DNA of 64,000 nucleotides from Vicugna vicugna. Its lineage: Eukaryota. Location of the stretch: contig MU057651.1 of NCBI GenBank assembly GCA_013265495.1, forward strand, positions 682,001 through 746,000. Reading direction: 5' to 3'. Below are positions 1 through 12,600 of this stretch, one piece after another (within the stretch, counting starts at the first letter, position 1; every line of letters begins with the position of its first letter). The notes below the pieces were generated by a model, which ran no database searches, was not told the origin of the DNA, and saw nothing but the letters and a program-made list of their open reading frames with translations. Both the position numbers and the translations under genes were made by a program.

Positions 1-930
1 GTCATGGTCCTCCCACCACCAAAAAAGGGGAGGGGGATAAAGAAAAATAAAAGGGGAAAGGCGCCCGTTTAAGAAAATCGTCACTTTTTCGGTTTGCTCT
101 GATCGGACTGTGCCCCCTCCTCCGGACTTGCCGGGGCCGCGGCCACACCCCCTCCCCTTTGGATGGGGGAGCTGCCGGCGCTGCTACAGTGGCTGGGGGA
201 GGGGGGGCGGGAAAACGGTATAAGACTTACAGGCTGACGTAGCTTTTGGGGCGGATTTTGCCTCAAGCGGCCCAGGCCCCGGTAAACGAGTCTAGGGCTT
301 GACCCCTCCAAGGGGCCCAGGTCCTCCGGGAATGGCCCCGACACACCCACTTGTCCGCGTTTGCGAGCCGGGATCGTGCAAACTGTTCGCTGGCTGTCAG
401 GGCTCCGGGGGAGCCACGGAGGGGACTCGAGGCCGGGACGCCGCGACATCCATAGGAGGGTCCGGGAAGGCAGAAAACCTGCCCAGCGGCCTAAAAGCAG
501 AGCCCAGCGGCCACCCCCTCCCCAGAGCGAGCCAAATGCCATCCATCGCGGGATTTACCTGCCACTGGTCCAGCCACCCCGTCCAGACCTCTCCTCTCCC
601 TCGGAGCGCTGGGGCTGGCTGGCGGGGCTGGGGAGCCGCAGCCCCGCGGCCGCGGCCGCAGCCCCGGGCCCGGCCCGCTCCCCACCCCACCCCCCCGGCT
701 CTCCCCCCGGCCCCGCACACTCGCTCCGGGCCGGGGAAAGCCGCAGCCCCCTGCGCGAAACCCCAGACGGTCCGCTGCCCACAGCTGCCCGCCCGCGGTC
801 GAGCCCTGCTCGGCAACCGCTCCCTCGCCCTGCTCCGCTATGACGTCACCCGGGCTCTGCACCGCACGGAGGCCAATCAGAGCGGGCGGAGAAAACTAAA
901 ATCACCCTGAGTGGGCTACTGGGGACCAAT
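1..930 (-). promoter_or_regulatory. CpG island / promoter of a minus-strand gene
   Basis: Very high GC and CpG density over 60-900 against a CpG-depleted background. TGACGTCA (CRE) at 841-848, CCAAT at 873-877 and 926-930, GGGCGG at 884-889. Minus-strand splice donors lie downstream. Confidence 0.9.
559..830 (-). other. Putative non-coding first exon (5' UTR) of an unidentified gene; 5' boundary approximate
   Basis: Minus-strand donor CAG|GTAAAT at 559/558, just downstream of the CRE/CCAAT cluster. A second minus-strand donor CCT|GTAAGT at 231/230 may mark an alternative exon. Confidence 0.55.
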
Positions 931-1398
931 CTTTTGTTTCCAGGCAGGAAGCGCCTGGGAGGAAAAAAAAAATGAAGGGGAGGGAACAGGGAGAGGGAAA
1001 GGAAAAGGAGATGGAAACTTCTACACTGTCAGGGTTGTCTAGACAGAGGTGGGGCGGTCGAGAAAGAGGCGCACCTGATAGCAAGGAGTGGAGGGGCTTA
1101 TTTCGTATGTCTTCCTCAACTGCACCCCCCCAGGAAGACTGGGCTTTCAGATACATTTTCAGAGGAGGAGATCTGTCCAGCTACACAAGCACTCCTTACA
1201 GGGAGCAAATGGTTTGGATTTGGGACACCACCTGTCAGGTAAGTAGGTTGCACTGACGGAGTCTCTGGAATCCACAGTAAACTGAGAGAGGCAGATATGG
1301 CAGTGGGATTCAAAGAGATGGCAGTCTAGATACGGAAACCGCCTTTCTGCACATGAAGCACATTCTTTAAAAAGCATTATAGAAAAAGAATATCTACT

Positions 1399-1399
<1 letters not shown>

Positions 1400-1439
<40 letters not shown>

Positions 1440-1455
1440 TACACATACACATATA
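1400..1455. repeat. (TA)n(CA)n compound microsatellite
   Basis: Direct reading: atatatat...acacacac. Confidence 0.95.
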
Positions 1456-2585
1456 CCGTTATATTGACAATCATTAAGATGTGGCTCTCCTTGTCCATCC
1501 TGTCCCTAAAACCTTCCATGGCATCTCTTCTGTTTAAGAAAAAGTTCAAATTTTTGCTGGTGTCAGAAAGCCTTCTAAAATCTAACTTCAAATATTATCT
1601 CTTGCTACTCCAAAATCCATCCACCCTAGGATTTGACTAGATTATGCAAATTAGGGTAAATCCTAGCAAGGAGACCATAAGCTGTCATCAAAAATGACAA
1701 AAAATACAAAATAATAAGTACATTTTGAATTATAACGATGAGAAATATGCCTGCAGAATAAAAAGATCAGAGATGAACATAAAATTATAATAGTTGGGTT
1801 AAAGAAGTAGGATTATGGGTGAGTTTTCTTCTTCACTTTCAAACTTCTTTTTATAAAGATAAATGTGTCCTCACATCCTTAAATGGTCAAGTTCGGCCAT
1901 GACCCTCCCCATTGACTTTTATCCAATTTTCTCAACACTTCATAACACCCAGCAATCACTTCTCCATAATGCCAACAAAAATAAGTTTCAAGACCAAGAG
2001 TGAACTAATACATCTGCCAAAGTCCTTTTAGAAAGAGTCACACAACGGGCCTCTAGATTCACCAGAGACAACATCTGGGGGAAGCTGGAGATTGGGATGC
2101 CTCTTTGGACTAATTCATTTTAAATTGTGATGATACTGGGAATAGGGAAAAGAACATCAATGACCCTTCAGGTCTATGACAAAGCAGGAAAGAGGGAGGC
2201 AAAGACTAACTAAACTACACACTCCAGACATTTTTAAGGACCACTTTGCTTTTTACTTTTTATTTTCCTTAATTAAAAAAATATTAATGCATACATGAGT
2301 AGTACATGAATTTTGCAGAGCTGGGATTTGTGTCTAGATCTGAGTACAAAGCCCATGCTTCTTCTAATATGATGTGTGGTATTACTGATGTTAAGATACA
2401 TACTTGCTTTGAAAAAAGTCTGAGTATACCAGCTTGGTTTTTTTTTTTTAAATCTGAAATTTTTAAATAGCTTTTTTGGACATGGTGGTTATTGTCTTCT
2501 AACGCAAAAACTCCCCTCACTCTCCTCACATCCTTGATTAATAGGGTGATATCAAGATGGTTCTGCTTCCAAAGATTTTACAGAT

Positions 2586-2755
2586 ATCTTTTTTTTAATA
2601 TATTTTTCTCAAACTCCCAATTTATCCCTTCCCACCCCCTCCCCACCAGTAACCATAAATTTGTTTCGTATGTCTGTGAGTCTGTTTCTGTTTTGTAAAT
2701 CATCAGTTCATCTTTTTTGTTTTTGTTTTTGTTTTTAGATTCCACATATTTTTTA
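2586..2755 (-). mobile_element. L1 3'-UTR fragment
   Basis: cccaatttatcccttcccacccc...taaccataaatttgtt...tgtgagtctgtttctgttttgtaaat...ttttagattccacata is typical antisense L1 3' end sequence. Confidence 0.8.
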
Positions 2756-3189
2756 AATTAATTTTGGGGCTAAAAAAGAGTAAACCATCACATTAACTTT
2801 TGTTTTTACATCATGGTAAAAGTAATCAATCTAAAAATCACTGAGATAAATGAACGTCATTTACTTTATGTTTATCTCTGATTTGTAAAATGCACATATT
2901 TGGGTTATTTTAAACAATAAGAATACTTTAAAAAAAACAGAAAGATATAACTGGATTATCCTGGCTAATGATTTACCTTGGGTCTTCTAGGTTATTGATT
3001 TAAATTGTAATTAAAAAGTATCTGATTTCACCCTAATCCTCCCATATACCTCAGCTATAACTCAGAGCTATTTATGCCATCACCACACATGGTTATTTAA
3101 ACATTTCATGCATGTATGTTTTTCTCTCCCTGGTAATTACTGAAACTAGCATGGGGCCAAAATCCTATCAGGTGCTTGACAAATTAAAG

Positions 3190-3700
3190 CACAGTGGTGT
3201 CATAGAAAGAGGACTGTACTTAGGAGCCAGGCCCAACACAAAAGACTTCAGCCTTCCTGTGAAAGGGTGATAACCTAGATCATTCTTGGTACCATAAAGC
3301 AGTCTTTACTGCCACTGGAGTTTGTTCTCCAGGGATATAGAATAACTGCATGGGGACTTGCAGAGAAACAGAAATGTCTTACAGATTTCATCTGTGTTCA
3401 TCAACTCCCACCCTCCCCTGCTCCCTTCCCCAAGCTCATTGATTTAAGGATACAACAACGCTACCATAATAACCACTCTGGCATGTGTATCCTGCTTCTT
3501 AGGTTACATACCACTTTTGTATCTCATCATTTGATCCTCACAACAACCACAACAGTGGACTGTGACAATTATTATGACCTGCATTTCACAGATGAGTGAA
3601 TGGAGGTCCAGGGGTTTAAAGCAGCCTGTTCAATGTTTTGGAGAGATGGTCCTAGAAACCAGGTCCCCCACTCTCAGGCCTGTTCTTTCTACCACCCTAC
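3190..3700. mobile_element. MIR SINE fragments
   Basis: MIR core-like text (tttgatcctcacaacaacc...catttcacagatgag). Confidence 0.65.
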
Positions 3701-3844
3701 ATGGCAACTTCGGTTGTATTTTTCCTTTGACGCCCACCAACCAACCATCCCTTTGAGTCACATGAGAAGTGAGAGGCTCTGGGATGGGGCTTGCGGTATC
3801 AGGTGTAAACTAAAACAAATATCTTAAAACTGTTCCAATCAAAT

Positions 3845-4465
3845 CCCAGATACAGGGAACATTGCTCACTCTCATATACCATTGATGGGAGTATAAAATG
3901 GCACAACCTTTTGAGGGGGGGCCAGCTGGCAATACTTAGGAAACTTTTAGGGCATAGGCCACTTGACCAAGCAATTTCAACTCAAGGAATTTGCCTATGG
4001 ATATACTTATAAAGATATGTTCACATATGTTCATTGCTGAATTTTACACAAGCATGAAAAATCTTACATAAAGGACAACCCAAATGTCCCTCATAAAGGA
4101 CTTGTTGAATAAATTATGGTATATACATGTTGTGGAATATTATATATCAGTTAAAAAGAGTCGAATTGATTCCTATGTATGGGAATCACCTTGACACCAT
4201 CTTGAGTGAAAAAAGTTGTAGAACAGCATGTGTACTATTCTACACAGTATTATTTTATTTTGTTTAAAAAAGTGTGTGTTTAAGTTGGAATTATAAACAC
4301 CAAACTGCTAGTAGAGTAACTCTGAGAAATAAAAAGTGGGAAGGAAGACATGTAGGTATGTGTGTAGTGGGGGACACTAACTGGTTTTTTTATATGCTTC
4401 TGCACGGTTTATACATTTTTTACTATAAGCATATACAGTATTTTGCATGTAAGAAACATTAAAAT
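3845..4465 (+). mobile_element. Old L1 (L1ME-like) 3' fragment
   Basis: gatgggagtataaaatggcacaacc, gaccaagcaatttcaactcaaggaattt, aacccaaatgtcc, aataaattatggtatatac are L1 ORF2-end/3'UTR hallmarks. Confidence 0.75.
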
Positions 4466-5894
4466 GGGAAATAGAGGCTTCTTAGGGTTAAGAAAAAACA
4501 AAAACAAACCAAACAAAAACACCCCTACTATCCCTAAAGGCATCTAAATGCCAAGGCAATGGTTCAGGTGTGCCAATAAATGCTAGGACATGCCAGGCTG
4601 GGCTGAGCCGTACCTGGACAGGCACTGGGTGCTGGGCAGAAATGTACAACCCACTGGGCAAAAGCAGCCTGGATATCCTGGCTCCCTTCCCACCCCCGAC
4701 TCAAATCCCACCGCCATAAATTATTCCCAGTCATGGATCTGGGTTTCTGTGGCTCTCAGTCTTCACAGGTTTTGCTATAGCAGCTGCACTTAAAAAAAAA
4801 TACCTCCTCCTGCTCTGAATACAAAAGAACCTGGCTTGGCAGCTAGTGCACAAGGAACTGGCTGGGAGCATCGTGCCCAGTCCTCTTTCATCCCGGTCTG
4901 CTCACTATAACCTATTGTCATCACTGTAGTCGGGCCCCTACTGGGCTCCTTCCCATCCCTCCCGTCTTCCACTCCAATCCTTAGGGGCTCCAGCTGTCCT
5001 GTAGAGACCACGTGGTGAGTAGCCTGCTGGGCAGAGGTCTCTTCTTACACCCCTTCAAACCAGAGGCTGGGGAAAGAGGGAAGCCCGTGGCTAGGAACAC
5101 ACCATCCTCTTAGGTCTTCAGATTCTGGCCAGGGAATCAGGAGACCCAGACTCTAATGTAGCCTCTGGTTAGGATACCTTAGGTAAGACTCAAATTTCCC
5201 TCCGCTTTAGCTTTCTCCTTTGTGAAACTTGTCCTGTCAATCTCCCTGGACTCCTGTATGGATGCAAATAACTAACGGAACATGAATGGATTTAACAGAT
5301 TTCAGAACTACACATCTCCTTAATGGACTCGATGAATCCCCATTTACATATACTCCCTGTACGGTGGGACCTTGGAACTGCGAGGTCTCCCCTCACCTTT
5401 CTTCACTATAATTAGTGCCCGTTAGGGACCTGCCCTGCAGAGTCTGTGAGCTTTCAGGAGCCCACAGCCTCTGCCCTCCTCCCCTCCATAAGCGAGTTAG
5501 CGAAGGAAAAGCAGAAGACAATTAAATGCAGGTGGCTGTGGATGAAAATTAATGTAAGTGGTAAGTTCCTGTCCTCTGACTTGGTTTTAATTAGCTCCAC
5601 TTCCATGGTCCTATGTATCAAACCACAGTATTTCATTGAGCTGATGCTCTGTTTGATTTTGCTCCTAAGTGAATCACATCGTACACTCTTTCCCTACACT
5701 CTCCAATCCATGCACTGCCAGAACCTAAGCCAAACTGCAGAGTAAATCGAATTCAGAAAGTTGGTTTCATTGCTCTCTCCATTTCCCTAGGAGGAAAAAA
5801 AGAGAGAGAGAAGGAGAAAGTGGAGGACAAAATTTAAGGGACAGAGAACCAAGTAGAGATGTAGGAAACCAAATCTTAATTTTTTTTTTTTGGA

Positions 5895-6060
5895 CCGGCT
5901 GGACTATGATGTCATGCTTTCTCAGCTCACCCGTGATTGGCTGCTCAGTTCAGCATCTGCTGAGAGCTAAAGGCTGATTATTTGCCAGAGATACAGACCT
6001 TTCAGGGAAGCTTTGAATCATTGCTGGTTGTCGTGACAACCTGGGCAGTGTCTGCTCCTG
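5895..6060. promoter_or_regulatory. Promoter/enhancer-like cassette: CRE-like site, inverted CCAAT, palindromic RFX X-box
   Basis: TGATGTCA 5907-5914, ATTGG 5936-5940, GGTTGTCGTGACAACC 6026-6041. Confidence 0.5.
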
Positions 6061-6659
6061 ATAACCACATAATGAGGTTGTCAGGAACAGAAGTGCCCCC
6101 ATCCCCACACCCAACCATCTGAAGTGGTGAGCAATAGAACATTTCCCTCAGGAGGTGGAGGGGAAAAAAATCATCAACGGGTGTAGTGGAGATCCCCTCA
6201 GATAAGGTATGTCAGCCAAATCCTGGAGAAAATCTCCTTTTTGAGGAACTCCTTACCTGCCGTCTGCAGGTCCCCAGCCAAACCACTGTATTCGCTCTAA
6301 CTCAGAGAGCTAGGGAACAGGGAGTGGAGGGGTGAGGCATCTCTGCAACCCTCCAGCAAAGCTGAACAGAGGGAAGTGTGAGTGGAATGCTAAGTTGATT
6401 AGGGCAAGGCACATTACCTCTCTTCAAAAGACACCATCACGGCATGGTCTAGGGCCAATGGAGGGCAAATGTCAAAGATGGCAGGGCATGGCCATACCCA
6501 GTCACCAAAGCCAGACACAAAGGGACCTTGAGGAGCATGGGCAGTGTGCTTTTCTGCCTGATGCTTTCATTTTCCAGGAGGTGGACACTTCACTCTCCAT
6601 TATCTAGGGCTCCAGATGTTCTTGACAGGGGATATCAACTGCAGTTTTGTGATACGTTA

Positions 6660-7130
6660 TTCATTCCTAGGACAATTTTACTAGCACCTACTCAGTGCAG
6701 AGCACACAGCTCAGTGCTACAGATGCGACACAGGTGAACCAAACTTGGACCATCTCCTCGAGGAACTTGGGATCTAGTTGGGGAGAAAAAATACATACCC
6801 AAGTAACCGTGATACAAGACAGATGTAGTAAGTAAGTATTACAAGGAAAGTCCAAAGTCCTCAATTTCAGAGAGAGGAGAATCGCATCCAGCCTGTTACA
6901 CGCCAGCTCCAATCCATCTTTCCAAGTTCTCCCACCAGTCTTCCCTTATACCCCAATCGTCAGTTCCATCAAACCGGTACCTCTTTGCCTGATAAGTCTT
7001 GACTTTCATATCTCTGTGCCTTTCCTCCTGCTCTTCCCTTTGCTAGCACAGCTTTCTCTTTCTTTTCTCTACCTGGTGATACTTAACATGTATTTCTCAA
7101 CCCTACTCAAATGGCATCTCCGTTGATCCA
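6660..7130. mobile_element. L2 fragments
   Basis: tttactagcacctactcagtgc...gggagaaaa and tctgtgcctttcctcctgctcttccc...ctcaaatggcatctcc resemble L2 3' region text. Confidence 0.6.
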
Positions 7131-7359
7131 TAGACTGGTCTCATATTTATAACCCCACAGGTAATCTGTACCTGGTAGACATGGATGTTGACCGACGGCA
7201 CTACTGGGTACTGTATTCAAATCCAGTGACATAAGAGAATGTTGATACAAACCCATTCTGGATTATTTAGGGGAAGAGAATAGGGAAAGCCACACTGCTT
7301 TTAAGAAGTCTTATTAAGATGATCAACACAAATCTGTTCTTCCGCTACACATCATCTAT

Positions 7360-7590
7360 AGCTTTTTTAAATTCTGACATAGTTTAAGGCTCACAAGAAG
7401 TTGCAGAAATAGTACAGAGAGTTCCCAGGTAAGCGTCAATGAATTTTCCCCAATATTTTGATATATTGTATTATTTTACTTTACACAGCCACAGTACATT
7501 GTCAAAACCCTGGAAACTGACATTGATGTAGTACTACTCACTGAAATACAAGCCTTTTTCAGAATTTGCCAGTTTTACATCCACTCTCCC
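7360..7590 (-). mobile_element. L1MC-like 3' fragment
   Basis: tcacaagaagttgcagaaatagtacagagagttccc...ggaaactgacattgat. Confidence 0.65.
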
Positions 7591-8449
7591 ATTGAATAAT
7601 TTACCAACTCAGCTGAAAAGTAGCAAAACTATTCATTGTAGATCTGAGCGTCAACTCCCATCCCCCTCACCGCCTCAGGCCCATCCCCCCCTGAAAAAGG
7701 CCAAAATCTGAGAGTCAAAACTTGCTCAGCACTGAAAGAGAGAAAAATCAGCTCGGACTAAGAAAACACAGTCCTGCCATTAATCAGGCTGGGAGGACAG
7801 ACAAACAAAGCCAGCCGTGAAGTTAACCAAAAACAGTTTCTCCCAAGGCTACACAGTAGTTGTAGTATGCCATAATGCCCTCCATCTTCCTTGAGTGGCT
7901 ACTATTTTCTTGTCAGTGACGGCCCAGACCTGCTCTGCTCTTCTCATTTATTACGGGGAATACTAGTTACTAAGCTATCCTTGCCTCATGATGGTACCCC
8001 ATTCCTACTCAATCTCTCCTTCTCCTGATCCCACCTCAGAAACTGCAATCAACCCAGAACCCATCCCTCCTCAGCATCCTTCAGTGGGAATCCAAACACT
8101 GCAGAAGATGTTCCCTCCTCCCTCTTTTCAAGAGTGGCATCCTATGGTTGCTCTGGCATGGACTTCCTCGATGCATCTTGTCAATACATTTCACTTTATC
8201 CAGCTACAGTCTTGTCTCTGGTAGTCTTTGGCTCATTTAGCTTTGACACAAATAATGAGATAACCAACCCACATCTATCTGGAAGGCCCCTTGAATTATC
8301 AGGAGTTAGCCATATTCCCTTGAATCTACCTAGAGCCACATACCTAAAACTGAGATTTACAGAGTAGGTGCCTAATAAATCCTCACTGAATGGATGTGGG
8401 ATTGTCACATATCAGATTCACTGGAATGGTACTAGATCCAGGGACAAAA

Positions 8450-8672
8450 GCCCAGAGACGCAGTATTGCATAGAAGTTCAACATGCAGACTCTGAAATTA
8501 AACTGCTGGCACTCAAATTGCAGATTCACTGTTTAATAGCTTTGAGAACTTGGGCAATTTATTTAGCCTTTCTGATCCTCAATTTCTTCATCTGTGAGAT
8601 GGGGCTCTAATACACCTCCTTCTTAAAGTAATCGGGAAGATTAAATATAGATTAAATGCATGTAAAGCAGGA
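8450..8672 (+). mobile_element. MIR SINE
   Basis: ttgggcaatttatttagcctttctgatcctcaatttcttcatctgtgagatgggg MIR core. Confidence 0.8.
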
Positions 8673-8683
8673 AAGCTTTGGGG

Positions 8684-8865
8684 CAGTGGTTCCCAATTCG
8701 CTGCAAGTGGAGTCACCTGGTGCTTTTTATAAACTTCTGGTGCCTTACCTCCTGCCCAGAGATTCTGATTTAATTGTATGGCATGAATCTGGGCATCAGG
8801 GTTATAGAAATCTTAGGCTCTAATCTCCTCTGATTCTAATGCGTAGCAAAGTTTGGGAAGCACTG
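8684..8865. mobile_element. MER5A-like hAT-Charlie MITE
   Basis: Terminal inverted repeats cagtggttcccaa (8684) / ttgggaagcactg (ends 8865); internal ccagagattctgatttaattg. Confidence 0.8.
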
Positions 8866-9464
8866 CAATAGGGATTTCATTATTTAAGGATTACCTTTCC
8901 TCCTTAGGTTAGTGGGTAACCTCTCGCCATCTTTCTCAGAGTGTCTAAATCTCACAGGGCCGGGAAGTAGAATTGGAGAATTTTCCCAAGGGGCAGGCAT
9001 TTAAGTTTGATTCTCCATGAGGCTTCACCCAGCTTTTCCCTGCAATCCGCACCCCATCTGCCAGATGGTTTGTTCAACTTGGGAAAAAAAATAGCCTTTT
9101 TCTTCCACGTGCGTAACAAAGTGATGAAGACTAAATATTTGGGTAAAATTGCAGCTGTATTCATGTCTCTCTCTCCTTTTTTCCCCTTCCCAAACACAAC
9201 TCAATCACACTTCAAATTAAGTGGTCTCAAGTGTGAATTTAAAACCAAAGTTAATAGGTGCGCACAGGATGGGCTGACCATTAGAGACGTGTTTTATAGA
9301 AGCAGATCTCAATGTGCTCTTGTTCTATATAATTAAGTACCTGTTGAACCTCATAATCAATCCTTATTTTGTTTTAATCCAGGAACTAGTTACAATGTTC
9401 TCTGCTGTTCACTTGATCAGGTCACTTGTGGGGGAGGGGGCACCTGAAACATGCCCTTCTCTCC

Positions 9465-9640
9465 ATTTATTTATTTCTCTATCTACCTATTTATTTATTT
9501 TTATTGAAGTATAGTCGATCTACAATGTTGTGTTAATTTCTAGTGTACAGCATGGTGATTCATTTATACATATATATATTCCTTTTCATATTCTTTTTCA
9601 TTATAGGCCATTACAAGGTATTGAATATAGTTCTCTGTGC
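9465..9640 (-). mobile_element. L1 3' terminal fragment
   Basis: tttattgaagtatagtcgatctacaatgttgtgttaatttctagtgtacagc...tattgaatatagttctctgtgc. Confidence 0.85.
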
Positions 9641-12600
9641 CTTCCCCCCAGTTTCAATCGAAGAGAATACATTCCCTACCCAATAAATAATAAATATGAA
9701 TTAACCGATGAGTTTTAGAGGTCAGTTCGATGAAAGTTTAAAATATGTTCGTGTTGATTTTTACAAGCGGTCCATCTCCTCCCCTCCTTATTCATGCCGG
9801 CTACTAATATGGAAAATTTAACAAATTCTGACATGCCAGGCTAAAGTTTACTGCCGAAAAGGAAAGGGGGCAGGTTGCTAGGCAAATTAATACCATAAAC
9901 AGGAAAGTGACAGCCTGCTAGGGGAGGATGCTAACATGCTGTTTTTAAACGCCACTCTAACTGCATTTTGCATTCAAATGACCAATATGCTAATTACAAA
10001 CCTTATCTATTTGTTCAAGGCCTTAAGAATCTCAGCAGCTCAGAACACAGACCCCAGCCAACAGTTTGACTGCAGGGTTGTGGAAATAATAACATGGCAT
10101 TTCTTTAAACATATTTTCAAATTCAAGCTTCTTACAAATCGAGATTGGCCTTTCCCCCATTCAGGGAATTAGTGAGGCTTAACTGTGTTCACTATGGTGC
10201 CGGCCCCCACAAACCCCTGCTAACAAAGGCTCTGACTCCTACTTGAGCACTGCCGGTTCGGGCAGATTTCCATGGTAATTTGCCGGTTCTCTTTTGAAAG
10301 ACGTGGGGCGTCTTTGTAAACGGGAGGAGGGTGTACTTTCCCACTAATCTTGGGATCGTCTTTGACCCTTTTTAATTTTCACCACCCATGTAAGGCCAGA
10401 AAGAACTCTTAACCCGGCTTTTTGTAATTTAAAAAGCAAACGCCCCCTCATTCTGTTCTGAAGAGAGAGAGGCAGAGAGACAGAGCATCATTCTCCCTAC
10501 ACTCTAGTTGAAATTATCAGACATTCATCAAAGCCATATTGGGGGTGGGGAGCTGAGGATTTATCACTCTTCCCCCAGGCTCTATCTGGATTTGCCTGGT
10601 GGAGGAGGGTGATGGTGAAACTACCACCTTCTAGTTATACCACCCAGCCCTCAAACCCCTTGGATTTTTAGTAAAATCTAAATGATCTAGAATACCCACA
10701 ACAGCAGCCTCAAATAATAAATTGATTATTTTTTTTACTATATTCCAGTTTTGTAAACCCCGCCCCACACACACAGGCACATCAGCTTCTTCTTTCTACA
10801 GTTTAAGACGATGATTCATGGACATGACAGGCCTGTCCTAAACAAAATTATAAACTAGTCTTAGTATGTTCTTTCCCCTCCTGTGTTCCCTTCTTCCTTC
10901 CAGGGCTTTCTCCCAGCCACCCAGAGGCCCAATGAGCTAAAGTTGCTGCCATTTCCTTCCTGGGTCTGCAAAGAAGGAAATCTGATTGAGCTCTTCTCAG
11001 TACAGTCTCAGCGATTTCACTGATTGCTTCTTTTAGGTATCTGCATTTAGGAATGAATTGCACAGGTGAAAATGTAGAAGCCACTGCAGTTTGGGGAAGC
11101 AAGAATAAGAGGAGGATATTTTTGGTGATTTTTCTGCTAAAGACTTTGGTTCTGATGCAGGCCAGGGTGCTCAGGCATCAGAACATCATGATTTCAAAGA
11201 CAGACTTTTGCATTCATACATGTAAGCAAGATTTTTCATCCACTCCAAGAAGCTTAAAACAGGACTTTTGGTTAAACAAATTTAAAATGCCTCTCAGTGC
11301 TGATGACCCTCAGCTTTATGGTTAATTGCAATCTGACCATATTAGGAGTCGAGGCCAGCACCTGCCTGAGAACACCTTTCTGCACTGCTGTGCATCTTTA
11401 TGCATCCTGATTAAGAAGGCTGAGGGTGATAGTGGGGTTGGGGAGCAATCTCATGGCTATTTTAGCAGAGTCTTGAGATAACCTGGATTAAAACGGACCG
11501 GCTAAATTGAAAAGCCATTTTCTGGTCTGGGGATTTTGGTTGGCCACAATACAGCACTTTATTTTTAAATAACATCTTCATTTTAAACACTCAAATTCTC
11601 TTGTTTAAAAAATGACATTTAAAAATAATTCAGCACTTGAAGATAAGTTGGATGTTTTCAGCAACTTTTGGGAAACCTGCTTGTACTGAAAAACAAAAAT
11701 AATTAGCAAATACATTTTCCTCTATGCAGATTCTCTCCCTGGCCCATTTTGGATGAACTCTGAGCCCAAAGTTGTTTCTACACTGGCCTAAAGAAATGGA
11801 CGGGGCCATATATCCAATAGATCATTTGCAAAGCTTCTAGGGTAAGGGGGAGTCGTTTTTCAAATAATTTGCTGTGCCAAAACACACAAAAGAGAAAGGC
11901 ACCAAAACCAGAACAAAATAAAACTTTACACATTCCCCTAAGTCAGTGAAAGGATAGTTTCAAAATTTGTGAATCAGGGAGGCAAATAAATTTCAGAAAG
12001 GCTTAGAGGCTCAAGGAATCAACTACTGAACAAGGTGTTTTGAAACTACCCCTGGGTGTGAACCATCTACGAGCTCGACACCAGAGCTCATCATTTACTC
12101 TGCTCAACTAGAAAATGATTGAGTGCCAACCATCCACATCACAGTGAGGGAGGCAGGTCCCAAGGAAGCAGCCTAGAGCAGATGACAGTATCTGACGCAC
12201 AGCTTGAAATGAGGATGGAGTACGAAAATCCCAAAGGACAGAAGACAGAGAATAAGCAGCCCATGTTTAAAAGCTGCCTCCCAATTGGAACGAAAACATT
12301 TACAACTTGTGATTAGTTTTATTTCAATTCATTTCCTTTCATTTAACAGTCACTACTTCTCTTCGACAGCACAGAGAAAAGAAAATTAATTGAATCCTGT
12401 GAATCGGTTACCTCTTATACACTTTATTTTATATATAATGGATTGATGTGGCTCTGAGCTAGTTTCCCCAAAAGTCAAGTCAAACAGGCCCAGTCCCTGC
12501 CCTCTGTATGCTCGCAAACATTGATCTTCCAGGAAGCAGCAGAGATGTGTGTGCAAAAAATATTGGACAAACGTTGCGTGGTATCAGTGGCCCCCCTGTA

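Noticed and set aside
1..10. Minus-strand ACCATG (ggaccATGac) as the gene's start codon
   Set aside because: Only a few bases lie inside the window and it is downstream of two donor sites, so it may be intronic; it cannot be supported and no gene symbol was assigned.
81..910. Overlapping 75-203 aa ORFs in the CpG island
   Set aside because: Pro/Ala/Gly/Arg-rich ORFs in most frames on both strands are expected from stop-codon scarcity in GC-rich DNA; no recognisable domain.
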